From positions 44,206,001 to 44,270,000 of the forward strand of contig OZ336882.1 in the NCBI GenBank assembly GCA_965287045.1: a stretch of DNA of 64,000 nt, written 5' to 3'. Positions 1 to 12,204 of the stretch are shown piece after piece; position 1 is the first letter of the stretch, and each line of letters begins with the position of its first letter. The position numbers were made by a program, and so were the translations under genes. The DNA is from Carcharhinus amblyrhynchos (taxonomy: Eukaryota). The notes under the pieces are model-generated. The model made no database searches. It was given only the letters and a program-made list of their open reading frames with translations, and was not told where the DNA came from.

Positions 1-441
1 TGTCTCTTCTGCTCTGTCCAAGACCGCAAGAAACTACAAAAGGTTATGAACATTGCCCAATCCTTCACGCAAATCAGCCTCCCATCCATTATTCTGTCTA
101 CACTTTCTGCTGCCTCGGTAAAACAGCCAGCATAATTAAAGATCTCATGCACCCCGGACATTCTCTCCTCCACTTTCTTCCATTGGGCAAACAATACAAA
201 AGTCTGAGGTTATGTACCAACCAACTCAAGAATAGTTTTTTTCCCTGCTGCTGTCTGACTTTTGAATGGACTTACCTTGCATTAAGTTGATCTTTCTCTA
301 CACCCTAGCTATGACAGTAACACTACATTCTATACTTTCTCATTCCTTTTTCTTCGAACGTATGCTTTGTCTGTATAGTGCGCAAGAAACAATGCTATTC
401 ATTGTATGCTAATACATGCAACACTAATAAATCAAATCAAA
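1..441 (+). mobile_element. Rex1/Babar-type LINE, 3' end (truncated at window start)
   Basis: Degenerate C-terminal coding region (SAVQDRKKLQKV...LKNSFFP-like), then a 3' UTR ending acactaataaatcaaatcaa. Clearly homologous to 58645-59133. Confidence 0.85.
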
Positions 442-442
442 A

Positions 443-1000
443 GTGCAGCTCCAACAATACTGAAGAAGCTTAAAATCATCCGGGATGAAGCAACCCACTT
501 AATTGGTACACCATGCATGAACATTCACTCCCTCCATCACTGATGCACAGTAGTAGCAGTGCTTACCATCTCCAAGATGCACTGCAAGAACTCACAAAGG
601 CTTCTTAGGTGGTACCTTCCAATCCCATGTCCACTACCATTTCAAAGGACTTGAAGTTCTAGAAGGATGTTCCTCTCCAAGTCATTCACCATCCTGACTT
701 GGAAATATATTGGCCACTCCTTCACTGTTGCTGAGTCAAAATCCTGCAGCTCCCTCCTGTTATTGCTGATTTCCTGCAAACTAACCACAGGAGACTCAGA
801 ACAGGTTACGATCACTATTTTCAAGCATACGAAGGAAGAGCACTGCTTCAGAGAAGAACAGTACTGTGGCTGTACCTATACCACATGGACTGCAGCGGTT
901 CAAGAAGGCAGGGCACCACCACCTTCTCAAGGGCAGTTAGTGATGGGCAATAAATGCTGGATTAGCCAGTGAAGCCCACATCCCTTGAATGAATTGAAAA
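443..1000 (+). mobile_element. L2/Crack-like LINE 3' end with ~98-bp unrelated insert (~759-856)
   Basis: Degenerate ORF2 C-terminus (HSLHH.CTVVAVLTISKMHC; LQRFKKAGHHHLLKG) and tail caagggcagttagtgatgggcaataaatgctgg...cccacatcccttgaatgaa. Homologous to 56525-57390. Clade assignment is tentative. Confidence 0.75.
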
Positions 1001-4000
1001 TATGTAATATGCTCATTTGGCTTCCTACCATTGTCCAGCGGGATGATATCACACTTAATAGCGACCTCAGAGATAAGTAAGAGGAGATGGGAAAATGCTG
1101 GGAAATGAGCACAAAGTATTTTTTCTACAATTTTGCTCGATTCCCCCATCTCAAAAGCAAGCTGGTAAAACTCTTCCTACATTTTTTTGTAGGAGATTCA
1201 CACCAATCCCCTTTGCACCCAATACCTCTCCCAATCAACGCAAAATCATCTCTTTCAAATGATTTAAATGCACTGATGTCCAATTAATAATTTTGGATGA
1301 TTAGTTGAGGTCCTATTATGATTTGCACGGATATTTAAAATTCCACACTTGCAAGCTTAGAGTCAGAGGTTTACAGGTTGGCCCAACTTGTCCGTGCTGC
1401 CTATTCTTTTTAAACCCGTTAAGCTAGTCCCAGTTGCCCACATTTGTTAACAGTTCATTCAATAATATAATAATCACTTAAAAACCAGTCTAAGAAATCA
1501 ACAGAAATTGACATAAGCACAAAATAAATTGCTGGAATTAAACGCCTCGATACTTGATTTTTAGAAAAAGCTTGTGAATGAGTTTAAGGAAAGTTAAACT
1601 CAAATAAGTTCATCATTGAGCTTCTTTGATTGGTTAATATTAGATCCATATTAAAGTTTGTTCATTATACTTTCGGTAGGACACAATGAGATATTTCATA
1701 TTGTAAATATATGTAGTTGATATAAATATATTTTATATAAATTTATATATCATTAATCATATAACTTTTGTCTGCAGCCTGCTTTAGTTAATTTCAGGTT
1801 TAGAAAAGTCTCAACCCTTACCAATCATAAATCAGTATAGATATATGACGAAGGCATTAGGAATTAAATAGTTCAATCGTTTTCCAGACTCTAAATTCTG
1901 TACAAAATTTATCGCGTAACTAAGACAGCAGATTCATAATTTACAAATGTAAAGGCACAAAGCAAGCCAGAATTACTCATTTCTCAGCTATTTTCTCAGG
2001 CAGAAGAGAGACAAATTACAATAACATTGCCATTTAAAGTGTTGTTTGAATGCTGATCCCATCAAAGTTTTTTTTCGTTTATATATAATATGCATTATTC
2101 TTTGGATCCTAACATAGCATTCCTGTATCAACTGACACATGAAACAGAATTTGGAGTTTCTGGCTTAACTTCGTTTTGTTTCTTTATGATGTCAGTTTCA
2201 AAAACTGTGATCTGTTCCTTGTGTTCTGCTAAGGAAATTCACCACAGAGAATGAGTCTTAGCTGTAGCAGAAAGGAATTATTTAGGCTGTGTAAGACTCC
2301 GACGCAGATAGAAATTCCACGCACTTGGGCAATTTAAAGCTTGTTAGTTTGCTTTCTCTTTTTGTGGCTATAATCTCCAGATCCAGAGATTGTCCATAGG
2401 GAGAAGGAGGAAGTTAATTGTTATAAACAACCTCTGAGGCAGTTCACTCACGTTCCCAGGCACAAAGCTGGCACTGGTCACTGAGCCTCTCAATTTTAAT
2501 GATTTCCACATGGATGAGGAGAGTCTCAAGCCAAGCCTACAATATCGTTGAAGAACTCCAAATTTAGAAGAAATATGAAAATTGCCAAATACGGCTTCCT
2601 TAGTGGGTAAAGCAAGTTCTGTGCTCAACTGCCACAGGTCACAGCAGGGTTCATATGACTTAATGTGGCCAATAGGATTCATTCAGGGGTCTGTCAGTTG
2701 TGGCATGCAACTGCATTGCCTCTTTTCAGTTCATATAAGGTAAAAGAAAAGGGTTTTCCAAAGGAAGCAGCACAGAAAAGTATTCAAAAGACCCACATAA
2801 TTTATAAAATTCCTGAGTTGTAGCTCTGATCCTCAGCGACAGTATTTATATTCAGGAAGAAAAAATTGAGGCTCTGTCCATTCCCAACAGGTGTGACTCA
2901 ACAGCCAAGCAGTGACAATAGAGGTACGTACTGTTAATCCCCGTAACTACAGAACTGAAAGTTACAATGCCTAAATAAATCCGAACATTGTTTACACTTA
3001 AATTTAAACTTTAAGTACCGGAGTTTATATAAATTGTGTTAAGAATTTTAAACCACGTTTTAAATCATTAACAGTAAAGAAGATAGAGTTTTTTTTATTG
3101 CTTCTACAGGATGATGCAATCGTACAATATGCCTGTGGCAATGAACAATTTAGCCCTTTTCAGGCATGCATTCACAAGCTCTTATTATAGCTTTGGTTTC
3201 TCACCAAAGCGGAGTCAAATTTTCCTTTGCTTTTGTATTTAATAGCTTCAAAAATATTCTTTGATGACTTCCATCTGTTTCATGCATCATTTGCAAAATG
3301 CAAAAGTGTTTTTCAGAATATACTAGGCAGACTATTGTACATGTTAATGCATAGCTTTACATTATCCAAGATTAGATTTAAAGTCATGTAAAGTTTTGTA
3401 TTAATGAATAGGTTAAACATGTCCGCAAGATTTCAATAAGTAAGTTCTTAGTTTAAACATGCAGAATACTTGGACTTCAGAGTATATGCAAACTGTTCTG
3501 TTAACATAGAATGTAATTCACAGCAGTGGTTGTCTCTGGAACAGAATACTAATTCCAGATGGTTCCAGCTGTCTGCATAAATAATTTTGACTTCCGGCCA
3601 AGGCACAGTGTGTTTTTTCTCATTTTGGCAAAAATGTATTGCTTATTTATTGCTTCATAATTAATATATGCAATAGGGTCAGAACAAATTTGTTGATCTG
3701 TTAAATGTATGCATGTTTATTACTTTGGCATTTATTGCCAATGATGCCATATCTTAAAATGTGACCAGAATAAAGGAAACCATACAGCAACCTAGTTAAG
3801 AACTGTTGTTAAATGTCTCCTCCAATTACACAAAATAGCTGAATTGCTACATGCTTGTGGATGCTTAATGTTAATTAAATATTTGCAAATCGCTCTCTCA
3901 AAGAGGTCCAGATTCTGGCTTACCCTTAATATGCATTCCAGACCGAAGAGAACCGAGAATTTGTGCTGGACCACAAATTAGTTTTAGTCTGAAGAATTCT

Positions 4001-4399
4001 CATTATTACTTTGTTGTGAATTTAAGACAAATTTATCACTCAAGTTAAGCAGTAAAATGCTTCAAAAATAAAGTAAGTACTTGTTCTCTAATCACAAATT
4101 CATGCATTCTTCTGCTGCCTCTGTTTTCGCATCCTTGCCTCAAAGATGCTGGGATAAGACAAATAGAGAGTGGAAACATTAACAAGATTGTGGAGGTTAA
4201 GATCTGATTGTAATTAAGGCTGCATTGTTAACGTAGATTGTTGGCTACCTGGCATTGCTGACTTAGTAGTTCTCAATGCTGCTACTGGATGGCAATAGAA
4301 AAATATTCTAATTTCATCATGGAACTGTTTCCATAAATTAATCAGTGCAGTCGGACGCAAAACAAACTTCTAAAGGTGAAGAGTGAAAGTCAAGCATGG

Positions 4400-4705
4400 G
4401 AATAAGAGCATCAGAAATAGGAGCAAGTTTAGATCATTAGGCCTTTCAGCTTGTTCTGCCATTCAATGTGATCGCGGTTGACCTTCAACCCAAATGACAT
4501 TTTACTGCACTATTCCCATATCCCTTAATGCCCTTGGTATCCAAAAGTCTATCGATCTCTGTCTTGAATATACTCAACAACTAAGCACCCACATCTCTCT
4601 GGGGTGGAGAATCTCAAAAATCCCCAATTCATTGTGAAAAAATTCCTCATCACAGTTTGAAATGCCTGGTCCCTTATCCTGAGACCAGGACTGTCCCCAG
4701 CCAGA
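4400..4705 (-). mobile_element. Degenerate CR1 LINE 3' end
   Basis: ataagagcatcagaaataggagcaag...ccattcaatgtgatc aligns with the young CR1 3' end at 52616-52930. Confidence 0.75.
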
Positions 4706-7700
4706 AGCTAGGCTCTTAAATCAAACTCATCTTGCTTTAGTCTTACACCTGTGACTAGTTTCATTCACTTACCAATGGAACATTAGGTGGAACTTATCGC
4801 AACAGCAGAACATTGATCTGGTGGGAAGAACAAATTGGAACTACTTGCTGTTCAGAATGGAAAACCATTGATGCACTTATGTGCCCCTTGTTCATTTCTC
4901 TTTTCATATAAGAGAAGCATCATAACAGGAAGATTGACATTTTAAGAATCAGAGAAAGGAAGAAGAAAGATTATTCTTTGTAGTATTGTAAAATCTTTCA
5001 CTTTCCAACTTCATTCTAATGTGTGAATTTGTTACCAGATGTAGGTACTGCTACATACTTGGTATCAGTATGATTTTAAATTATTTCTTTGTAACTCATG
5101 GATGGAGCAAATGAACTGTATCTGCTTTAATTGTGCTTTACACTTCAAATGCTAAGTAAACTAAACTTCCACCAGTAATATGATTATACTATTGCAGGGT
5201 GCAATTCATTTTAGTTTGCTGTCAATACATTTACTTTACTCAAGTGTCCCGAAAGGCCACTGTAATAATATCCACTTGCAAATCATATTTTGGTTGAATC
5301 AATCCTAATTAATTTCAACTTTTATTTTTCATGCCAACTGTTTCACTTTTGCTCTTCTCCCAAAGGATTCAACTTCTTGTTAAAGAACATTTCCATGGGG
5401 GCATGGGCCAATCCTTGGTTCTTCTACAGCTAACTCAGAAAGGACAGGGGGTGAAAATGGGATTTGGCCTGACCTGCATGGTTCTGCTACTCACTGGGTA
5501 GACAGCAGAACCACTGAGAAAGCTAAATTCGACTTAAAAAATTAAAACCAAATTCTGGAGGTTTCAAAATAAAATGTGTGCTTTGCATCATTGTGTTGAG
5601 CTTATTTAACTTGTACGTATTATCATTCACTATAAGCACTGACTTTTACTTAGAGTATTTTCCTCAGCTTCAGTGAACCTACATTAATATTTTGGAGGTG
5701 GCTACAGTGTTGGCTTTAGCTCTGTGAAACTCCCCACTCATGCAGTTTGATGCTCAGATGATTTTGCACCAGCACATTTTAAATAAGCAAATCAAAATGA
5801 CTTTTACCACAATCTTGAAGGCACCATTTTTAACAGTAGTGCCAGAATGGAAATGCCACACATACCATTAATGAAATATTTGGTCTTGTTATGACAGCTG
5901 AAGATATATAAAATAACATTTGTGGAACTTCAGGAGGGAGCACACTTCCATCCTGTGTACGTATGTAGCACCAATCCCAAAATATTTTATTAAATTGCTA
6001 ATCTGCATAACCAAAAAAGTTTGCAATTTTGTAAGTCATATTCAAAGCAGATTAAACAATGGGGCCCCTGATCTTTACCTCCTAATGCTTTTCCATCAGG
6101 AAACATTTTATTCAGTCCTTAGAGCCAGATGGTGTTTGTGAAAGTTTTCAAGTGTAGTACTACATGCTTTAGATTTTTTATTTTAACTCCACTCCAAACA
6201 TATAAAACATAAATGCTTGTGTAGAGAAGAGATGTGTTTAAGGTAACTTAGAAAACTGCACACTTATTTCACCTCAACTTGCAACTTTAGTGGAAAATGA
6301 GCTAAATTCCAAAGAATACTGTGTTGTGAAAGCAGGAAATGTGCTGGGAGACTGAAGTGGCCTCCTCCAGATTTAAGCTGATTCCTGTCTAGATGAATGC
6401 TGCAGATCAGATGACAAGTTATACCTTAAAAGGCAATGGCCAGGTTTGCACAGTGGTTTGGCTTTTATTTGAGTCTGTAGGTTTGATCATTTCGGTTTGT
6501 GTACAGACGTATGTGTTCTTCTCAGTCAACTGTAATTAATAATTGTTAATCCAAATTGTTGCCATTTTCTGCATGCATTTCAATAAAGAATTTAGTTTTC
6601 CATGATCTTATCAATATCAAAGATAACAATTGGGAAAGACAACACAATAATCCTTTAAAGTAACATATTGTTAGAAAAATAGTTTGTTGTACATTGAAAA
6701 TGAAAAGTATTTGTACCTTGAAAGATAATATTGTATGATCAGAGAAATAGCTTTATTTGGAAATTTAACATGTGGAATGCTTAATATCAAATGTTATCCA
6801 AGTTTCTCTTTTATTATCTCCATTAAAATTTTAATGGAATCAGCAAAATTAGGTTAAATGTGTTCTGTACAAGGGATAATTACATAAATGAAAAAAATAG
6901 ATATTTCTATTCTGGGCTTTGGTGGCAGTGGGGATAAATGGGGAAAGAGCAAAAAGGTAGGAATGACAAGCTAGCAGAGGGAAGAACTCAATAGTGAGGT
7001 CACCTATGATGTGTGAAGGTCTCTATCAGACTCCATGAAAATTGAAAGTCTTATCAGTCATGTATTGAGTTTTCATGATCTTCAATTGGCCTTACCCTAG
7101 AATATGAATTGTTACTAATGAATTTAGGAGAGCCAACACCAATTTATCTTATTAAAAAGACCAGATTAAAATGCTTTCAAAACAAGTACAGACAGATATT
7201 CATAATTATCTATAACATTCTGGGCAATCCAAATGGAGGAATTTGGTGACCCAGCATTATCCTTTATCTGCAGCAAGTGTAAGCGACAGGTCTGAACCAT
7301 TTTCACCATAACGTCCTCTTCAAAAAATTTAAACATTGAATTTAAAACAAATAATAACCATCTAAACTTCTTTTAGTAAAGTCCATCTTGTATTGATTCA
7401 ACATATCAACTGTAGCAAAATATAGAACACATTTATTTTACAAATGGTTTTAAAGTAGGTTTCTTATACAAAATTTTTTAAAAATATATTGGTTTTAAAA
7501 CAAACATTATTCATCTTAATTTATTTTCACATTGGGCTTTGTTACGGACTAAATTACAAGGGTTATTTATTTATTCCAGGTGTTGGTTTATTTCCTTAGT
7601 TTTGTGATATTTTAACTTTTTTCTTAAACTACTATGGGTCAACATACAACATCTGGATAAGCCTAATACATGATCGTACAAGAGACTGTCAGAATTATAT

Positions 7701-9654
7701 CCTGATCTTTTATTTTATAAAAACATCAAACTCCATAAATAAACTGAAGCTGTACACCACCTACAACACCAAAGAACAAGGTTATTCCTATGAAATAAAT
7801 ACATTTCTCGTGATTATATTCATAACCTCTGTGATGAAAAAATATACTGCTTTTGACACAAAAAGATGAAAGAAAACCTGTAACTAGGGCTCTGCATTTC
7901 AGGTTGTTGAATACTTGAGAATATTTCATGGTTAATATTAAGATGAATGTTTTATTGTAAGGGTACATGCACCTGGTCTGGAACATAATTATTTCACAAC
8001 ATAAATCGCAACAATATCAGCTGTAACCTGTGCTGTTATTGTCCAACCTTAACCTACTGACATTGTCCAAGCACAATTTTATTCCACCTAATTTGAAAAT
8101 GCAGTACCAGTCAGGAACTCTGTACTCTATTAAGTTCTCTCCATGCAGACTTCCTTTTTGTTCTTTACCACAAAGTTGCATGCAAAGGGACAATTAACCT
8201 TAAACTGTAGTAAAATTCCTTCACATAAAATGTTACAACATGTTCTGTAGCATGGGGCTTCCTGAAGGGAAATGCATCCTTTGCTCTTAATGCTTTTGTG
8301 TTAAAGCAGCAGCAATCAGTACTTAGTGTACACTGGTTTAGGAAAATCTCCATAGCAGTACTGTGTTTTCTCCGTAACAAAATTATATAAAGCATGTCTA
8401 CAGCTTACATTTATAAACCAATTTAAAAAACAAATCTTTTAGCTCCACCTCCAGTCTAGTTTAACATTTAGGGTCAGTTCCTGTGGAAATTTGAGGCAAC
8501 AAATGGATATAGGCCAGTTATATAATAGATGCAGAGTTTTTATTGAAGGAAAGTAGTTTTAGCTTCTCTTCAATGTATTATAAATCAGAAGAAAAATCAG
8601 TCAGGTCACACTTGGCTAAATGGTATGAAACTCACTTTTGAAACTTAACTTTTAATCTGATCACATAAGTAAAGTGCTATTTTGTTGACTCCTGGTTACC
8701 ATGAAAATGTAGCCAACATGTTGATACTTGTGCACACAAGCATTAATTAATCTGTTCCTCCTACAGCCAGAGTGGGCATAAAGCCATTAGTATAAAGCAT
8801 TTCTGTTGACTCCGTTCAACAAATCAAATAAAAGGCAAAAATCTCTATGCAGTGGAAGCACTTAATAAATCACTCAGCATGTGCAGAGAACAGACAAATT
8901 AACATTTCAGATGCAGACTTTCATCGGGTGAAGGTGTGTACCATACCTGAAATCTTTAGTTGTCTGCACCTGCACAGTGTTTTACGGCAATTTGTGTTAA
9001 GGCTTTCTTTCAACAGTGTCAGTTTCAAACTGATACTTCCAGCGTGATATTTTTAATGATCAAGAATTTTGTCCATTATGGCTGACGTTAACTAGAAGCA
9101 GAGAATGGACAGGCAGCAAATGGAATGTGCCCTCTGCTTGCCTGTTTGTGCTGTTTTACAGCCCAAACCTTTGAGACTCATTAACACACTCTGGGAGAAC
9201 GGAGAAATGGCTGACTCCCATGCCGAGCTGGTCAACATTTGGAGCTTGTGGGCAGCGGCAGATCTGGGATGGGGTGTGCTTAAGGGGCTAACAGCACGTG
9301 GCTGTTTTGTGTATGGTTCTCCAGCAGACCTTTGGGGGACTATTTATCCATTGATGCAAATGGGTGAAGCATACAAGTCGCACCTGATTGTCCTCAATTA
9401 CAATCTGGTTTGACATTCAATCATAGGACCCTAATTCGTACTTCCTGCCTTAAAACAGGCAGGCACTCTGACCTTTGAACCATAGACTCTCTCCAAAAGG
9501 CAGCAAATGGAGTATAAGCTGCTGTTTCATTTACATCATATGGAGGAAATTAAAATCATCTCTATGAAATATTAAAGCGAGAAGAAACTCTGAGATGTAA
9601 TCAGACCAATGGTGCCCACTGGTCAAAGAACCAACAGTAAATTCCCATCAGTTC

Positions 9655-9742
9655 TGTGTGTGGGGTGGGGTGGGGTGGGCGGTGGGGGGTGAAAGTGAGT
9701 GAGGGAGGTCAAGGAGGGTGGAGGGGGGGGTGGAGGGGGGTG
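9655..9742 (+). repeat. G-rich tract, (GGGGT)n-like, G-quadruplex-capable
   Basis: tggggtggggtggggtgggcggtgggggg and gaggggggggtggagggggg are seen directly. Confidence 0.7.
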
Positions 9743-11059
9743 TGCACGGAATCAAATGGCTTTCATGTATGTGATAACTCCCATAAGGTCCATGGAGAAG
9801 CACTGATTGATTGCCGTATGGGGCTCATTGAGTGAGAGTTCCCCTGGTAGCAGGCAGTGGTTTGCCCAGCTGGAACTCATTACCTCAGTCTTTTATAAGG
9901 CAGGCCCGGGGCTGGGCCGGCTGAATGGCATCCCGGGCAGTGACTAGAGTGTGCATATACACTGCGGTAGTTGTCCAACTTTGCATTCCATAAAAAAAAC
10001 TATGTTTCTTTCCAGTCAGACTTCCTGAGTCATTACAATGCATTTGTGGCAGCTGTTGAGCCTTCCTTGTGTTTGAGGTCCAGACACATAGCCCTGTCTG
10101 TCGAAAGCTGCCAGCCAATCAATTGGGCACAGAGTGCTTGTTAATAAGAGGTCGCCTCCAAGAGGCTGCTGGCAAACCCAACAGCGTTTGCTGAGTGGCC
10201 TTCTGAAGGCACGGAAAAGCTATGTTACCCCATTTAATCCCTGTGCTACCACCAATTGTGTCAATTGGCTCATTAATGATCTTAATTGACATCCTACCAC
10301 ACGGCAGCTGGGAATCCTATGTATCCTTTTCCGCCCTCTAACTTAATGAGGGGAGGTTATGCTGCCACCATGGGGCTGACTCGGTGTCTCCCATGATTAC
10401 GTGGGCCCAGCCACCATGTTTCCAACAGTGATGAGCCCCATTAAATCCAGCCCTTTCGAAAATTTTGGGGCACATTTGGCAAAAAGATTCTCACAGTAGT
10501 TTGGGTGTTTAATAACTACTCTAGATGTGTGCACCAAAAGGTTAAAGTGACTTTTCAGGCTGTCTGAGTCTCAGACATGGTTTGTTGATTCACCCTCAGT
10601 GTAATTACAGCTATTTGTGGTTAGTTCACAATGAAAATTAATCTGTTCTGTTTTGGTAAGCCATGTATGATATCATCAATTTATTTTTTTAAGACAAAAA
10701 TGTCAAACATACATTAATTTGTAAACTTAAACAAAAAATATTGTGCCTTTATATATTTTAGATTTCTATGCTTTATTAGAGGACCACTGATTTCCTTTCA
10801 GGTCTCGTTTTACAGAATCATTCTTACAACTGAGTTCTGTTGGGCAAAAATTGTGCACTTTAAAACGTGCTTAGCAAAATGCTTTGAACAAAATGTTCCG
10901 ACTCTCTATCTATTCAAGTAACATATGTGAAATTAATTATCTTTTTGCTCTGATGTTGATGCATGAAAACGCATGTTCAAATTCATAAAATATCTGTTGT
11001 GCATATTAGACACATTTGGCGGAAAATTGGAACATGCAGAACAGGAGCTTAAACAGATT

Positions 11060-11780
11060 GCTGTTGCTGAGAAAACTCTTGTGTTGGAACCATCCAGTGT
11101 ACTCATATTTCCCTGCCCTTTCCCATATATAGTATTTCCTTTTCCAATGCTTATCCAATTCCCTTTTAAATTATATTGTATTCTTTACTTCAAATACCAT
11201 TGGTGAGAGGGTATTCAATTTTCCAACGGCATTTTGAACAAAAAAGTTTAACTTTCCCTTTCTTTTTTTAGAATGCCAACTATTATTTAAGCCTCTTATT
11301 TTTGATGCTTCAACCAATAGAAACAATCTTTCACTGTTTACCTTCATAAAAACTTTCAAGATTTTGAAGGCCTCTAATAGGTCCTCACTAACTTATTTTT
11401 AAAAAGTCTATCATTCAAGTATTTCATCAGAAACATTGTCTTATGCAAACTATCATTCCAGTCATTTTTTCCATTATCTTTCCATGTCTCTAATATCTTT
11501 CATCTGATGGGGTGTCAAGAATTATATATAACACTCCCAGTGTACAAATTCTGTATCAGATCCTCGTCTTTCTACTTGGCGACTCTACATATAAACCCCC
11601 TTGCCGTTTTATGATCTTGTCTACCTGCATTTCTGATTTTTGTGTGTTTGCACTCCTAACTCTCTCCACTCTGTTCAAAATCCTCATACGTTTCCTTTCA
11701 CTGCACTGCTTCGCAATTGTCTGTATGGAACTACATCTGCTATTCTTTGCCCATCCTACAAACCTGCTATTTCCTGACAG
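11060..11780 (-). mobile_element. Highly degraded CR1-type LINE fragment
   Basis: Pyrimidine-rich text resembling the reverse complement of a CR1 3' region (ttatccaattcccttttaaa...gtattcaattttccaac...ttttgaaggcctctaataggtc). Confidence 0.5.
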
Positions 11781-11785
11781 TCTGC

Positions 11786-12204
11786 CATATCTCAGTTGGC
11801 AGCAATTTTGCCTCCGAGTCAGTTGGTTGTGGGTTCAAGCCCCACTCCAGGCCATGAGCACAAATTCCAAGGCTAATGGTCCAGTTAGATGCTGGAAGCG
11901 TTATCTTTTGGATGAGATGTTAAAGAAAGGTCCCATCTGCTTCCTGAGCTGAATGTAAAAGATTCCACAGCACTATTTCAAAGAGGAGCTGGGAAGTTGG
12001 CTCTGATGTCCTGGCCAATATTTATCGAAGGGCAGATAATCTGGTTATTATCATGTTGCTCTTTGTGAGTATGTTCTGCGCAAATTGGCTGCTGTGTTGT
12101 CTACACTGCAACAGTGAAGAACACTTCAGAAGAACTGAATTGGCTCTGAAGTGCTTTGAAACAACCTATGGTCACGAAAGGTATTATATAATTACAATGC
12201 TTTC
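11786..12204 (+). mobile_element. DeuSINE (SacSINE1/AmnSINE1-like) tRNA-headed SINE
   Basis: tRNA-like head with B box gggttcaagccc; Deu-domain-like core cttttggatgagatgttaaa...gtaaaagattccacagcactatttcaaagag...gtcctggccaatattta; L2-type tail gtgctttgaa...aaaggtattatataa. Confidence 0.8.

Noticed and set aside
2730-2739. 10-nt segment between ttttcag and gtaaaag as a micro-exon
   Set aside because: Not frame-preserving and the donor is weak.
5479-5513. 10-bp stem hairpin tggttctgct/agcagaacca
   Set aside because: Too short for a pre-miRNA; probably chance or a MITE remnant.
6819-6838. Perfect 20-bp palindrome tccattaaaattttaatgga
   Set aside because: AT-rich; one such palindrome in 64 kb is not clearly beyond chance.
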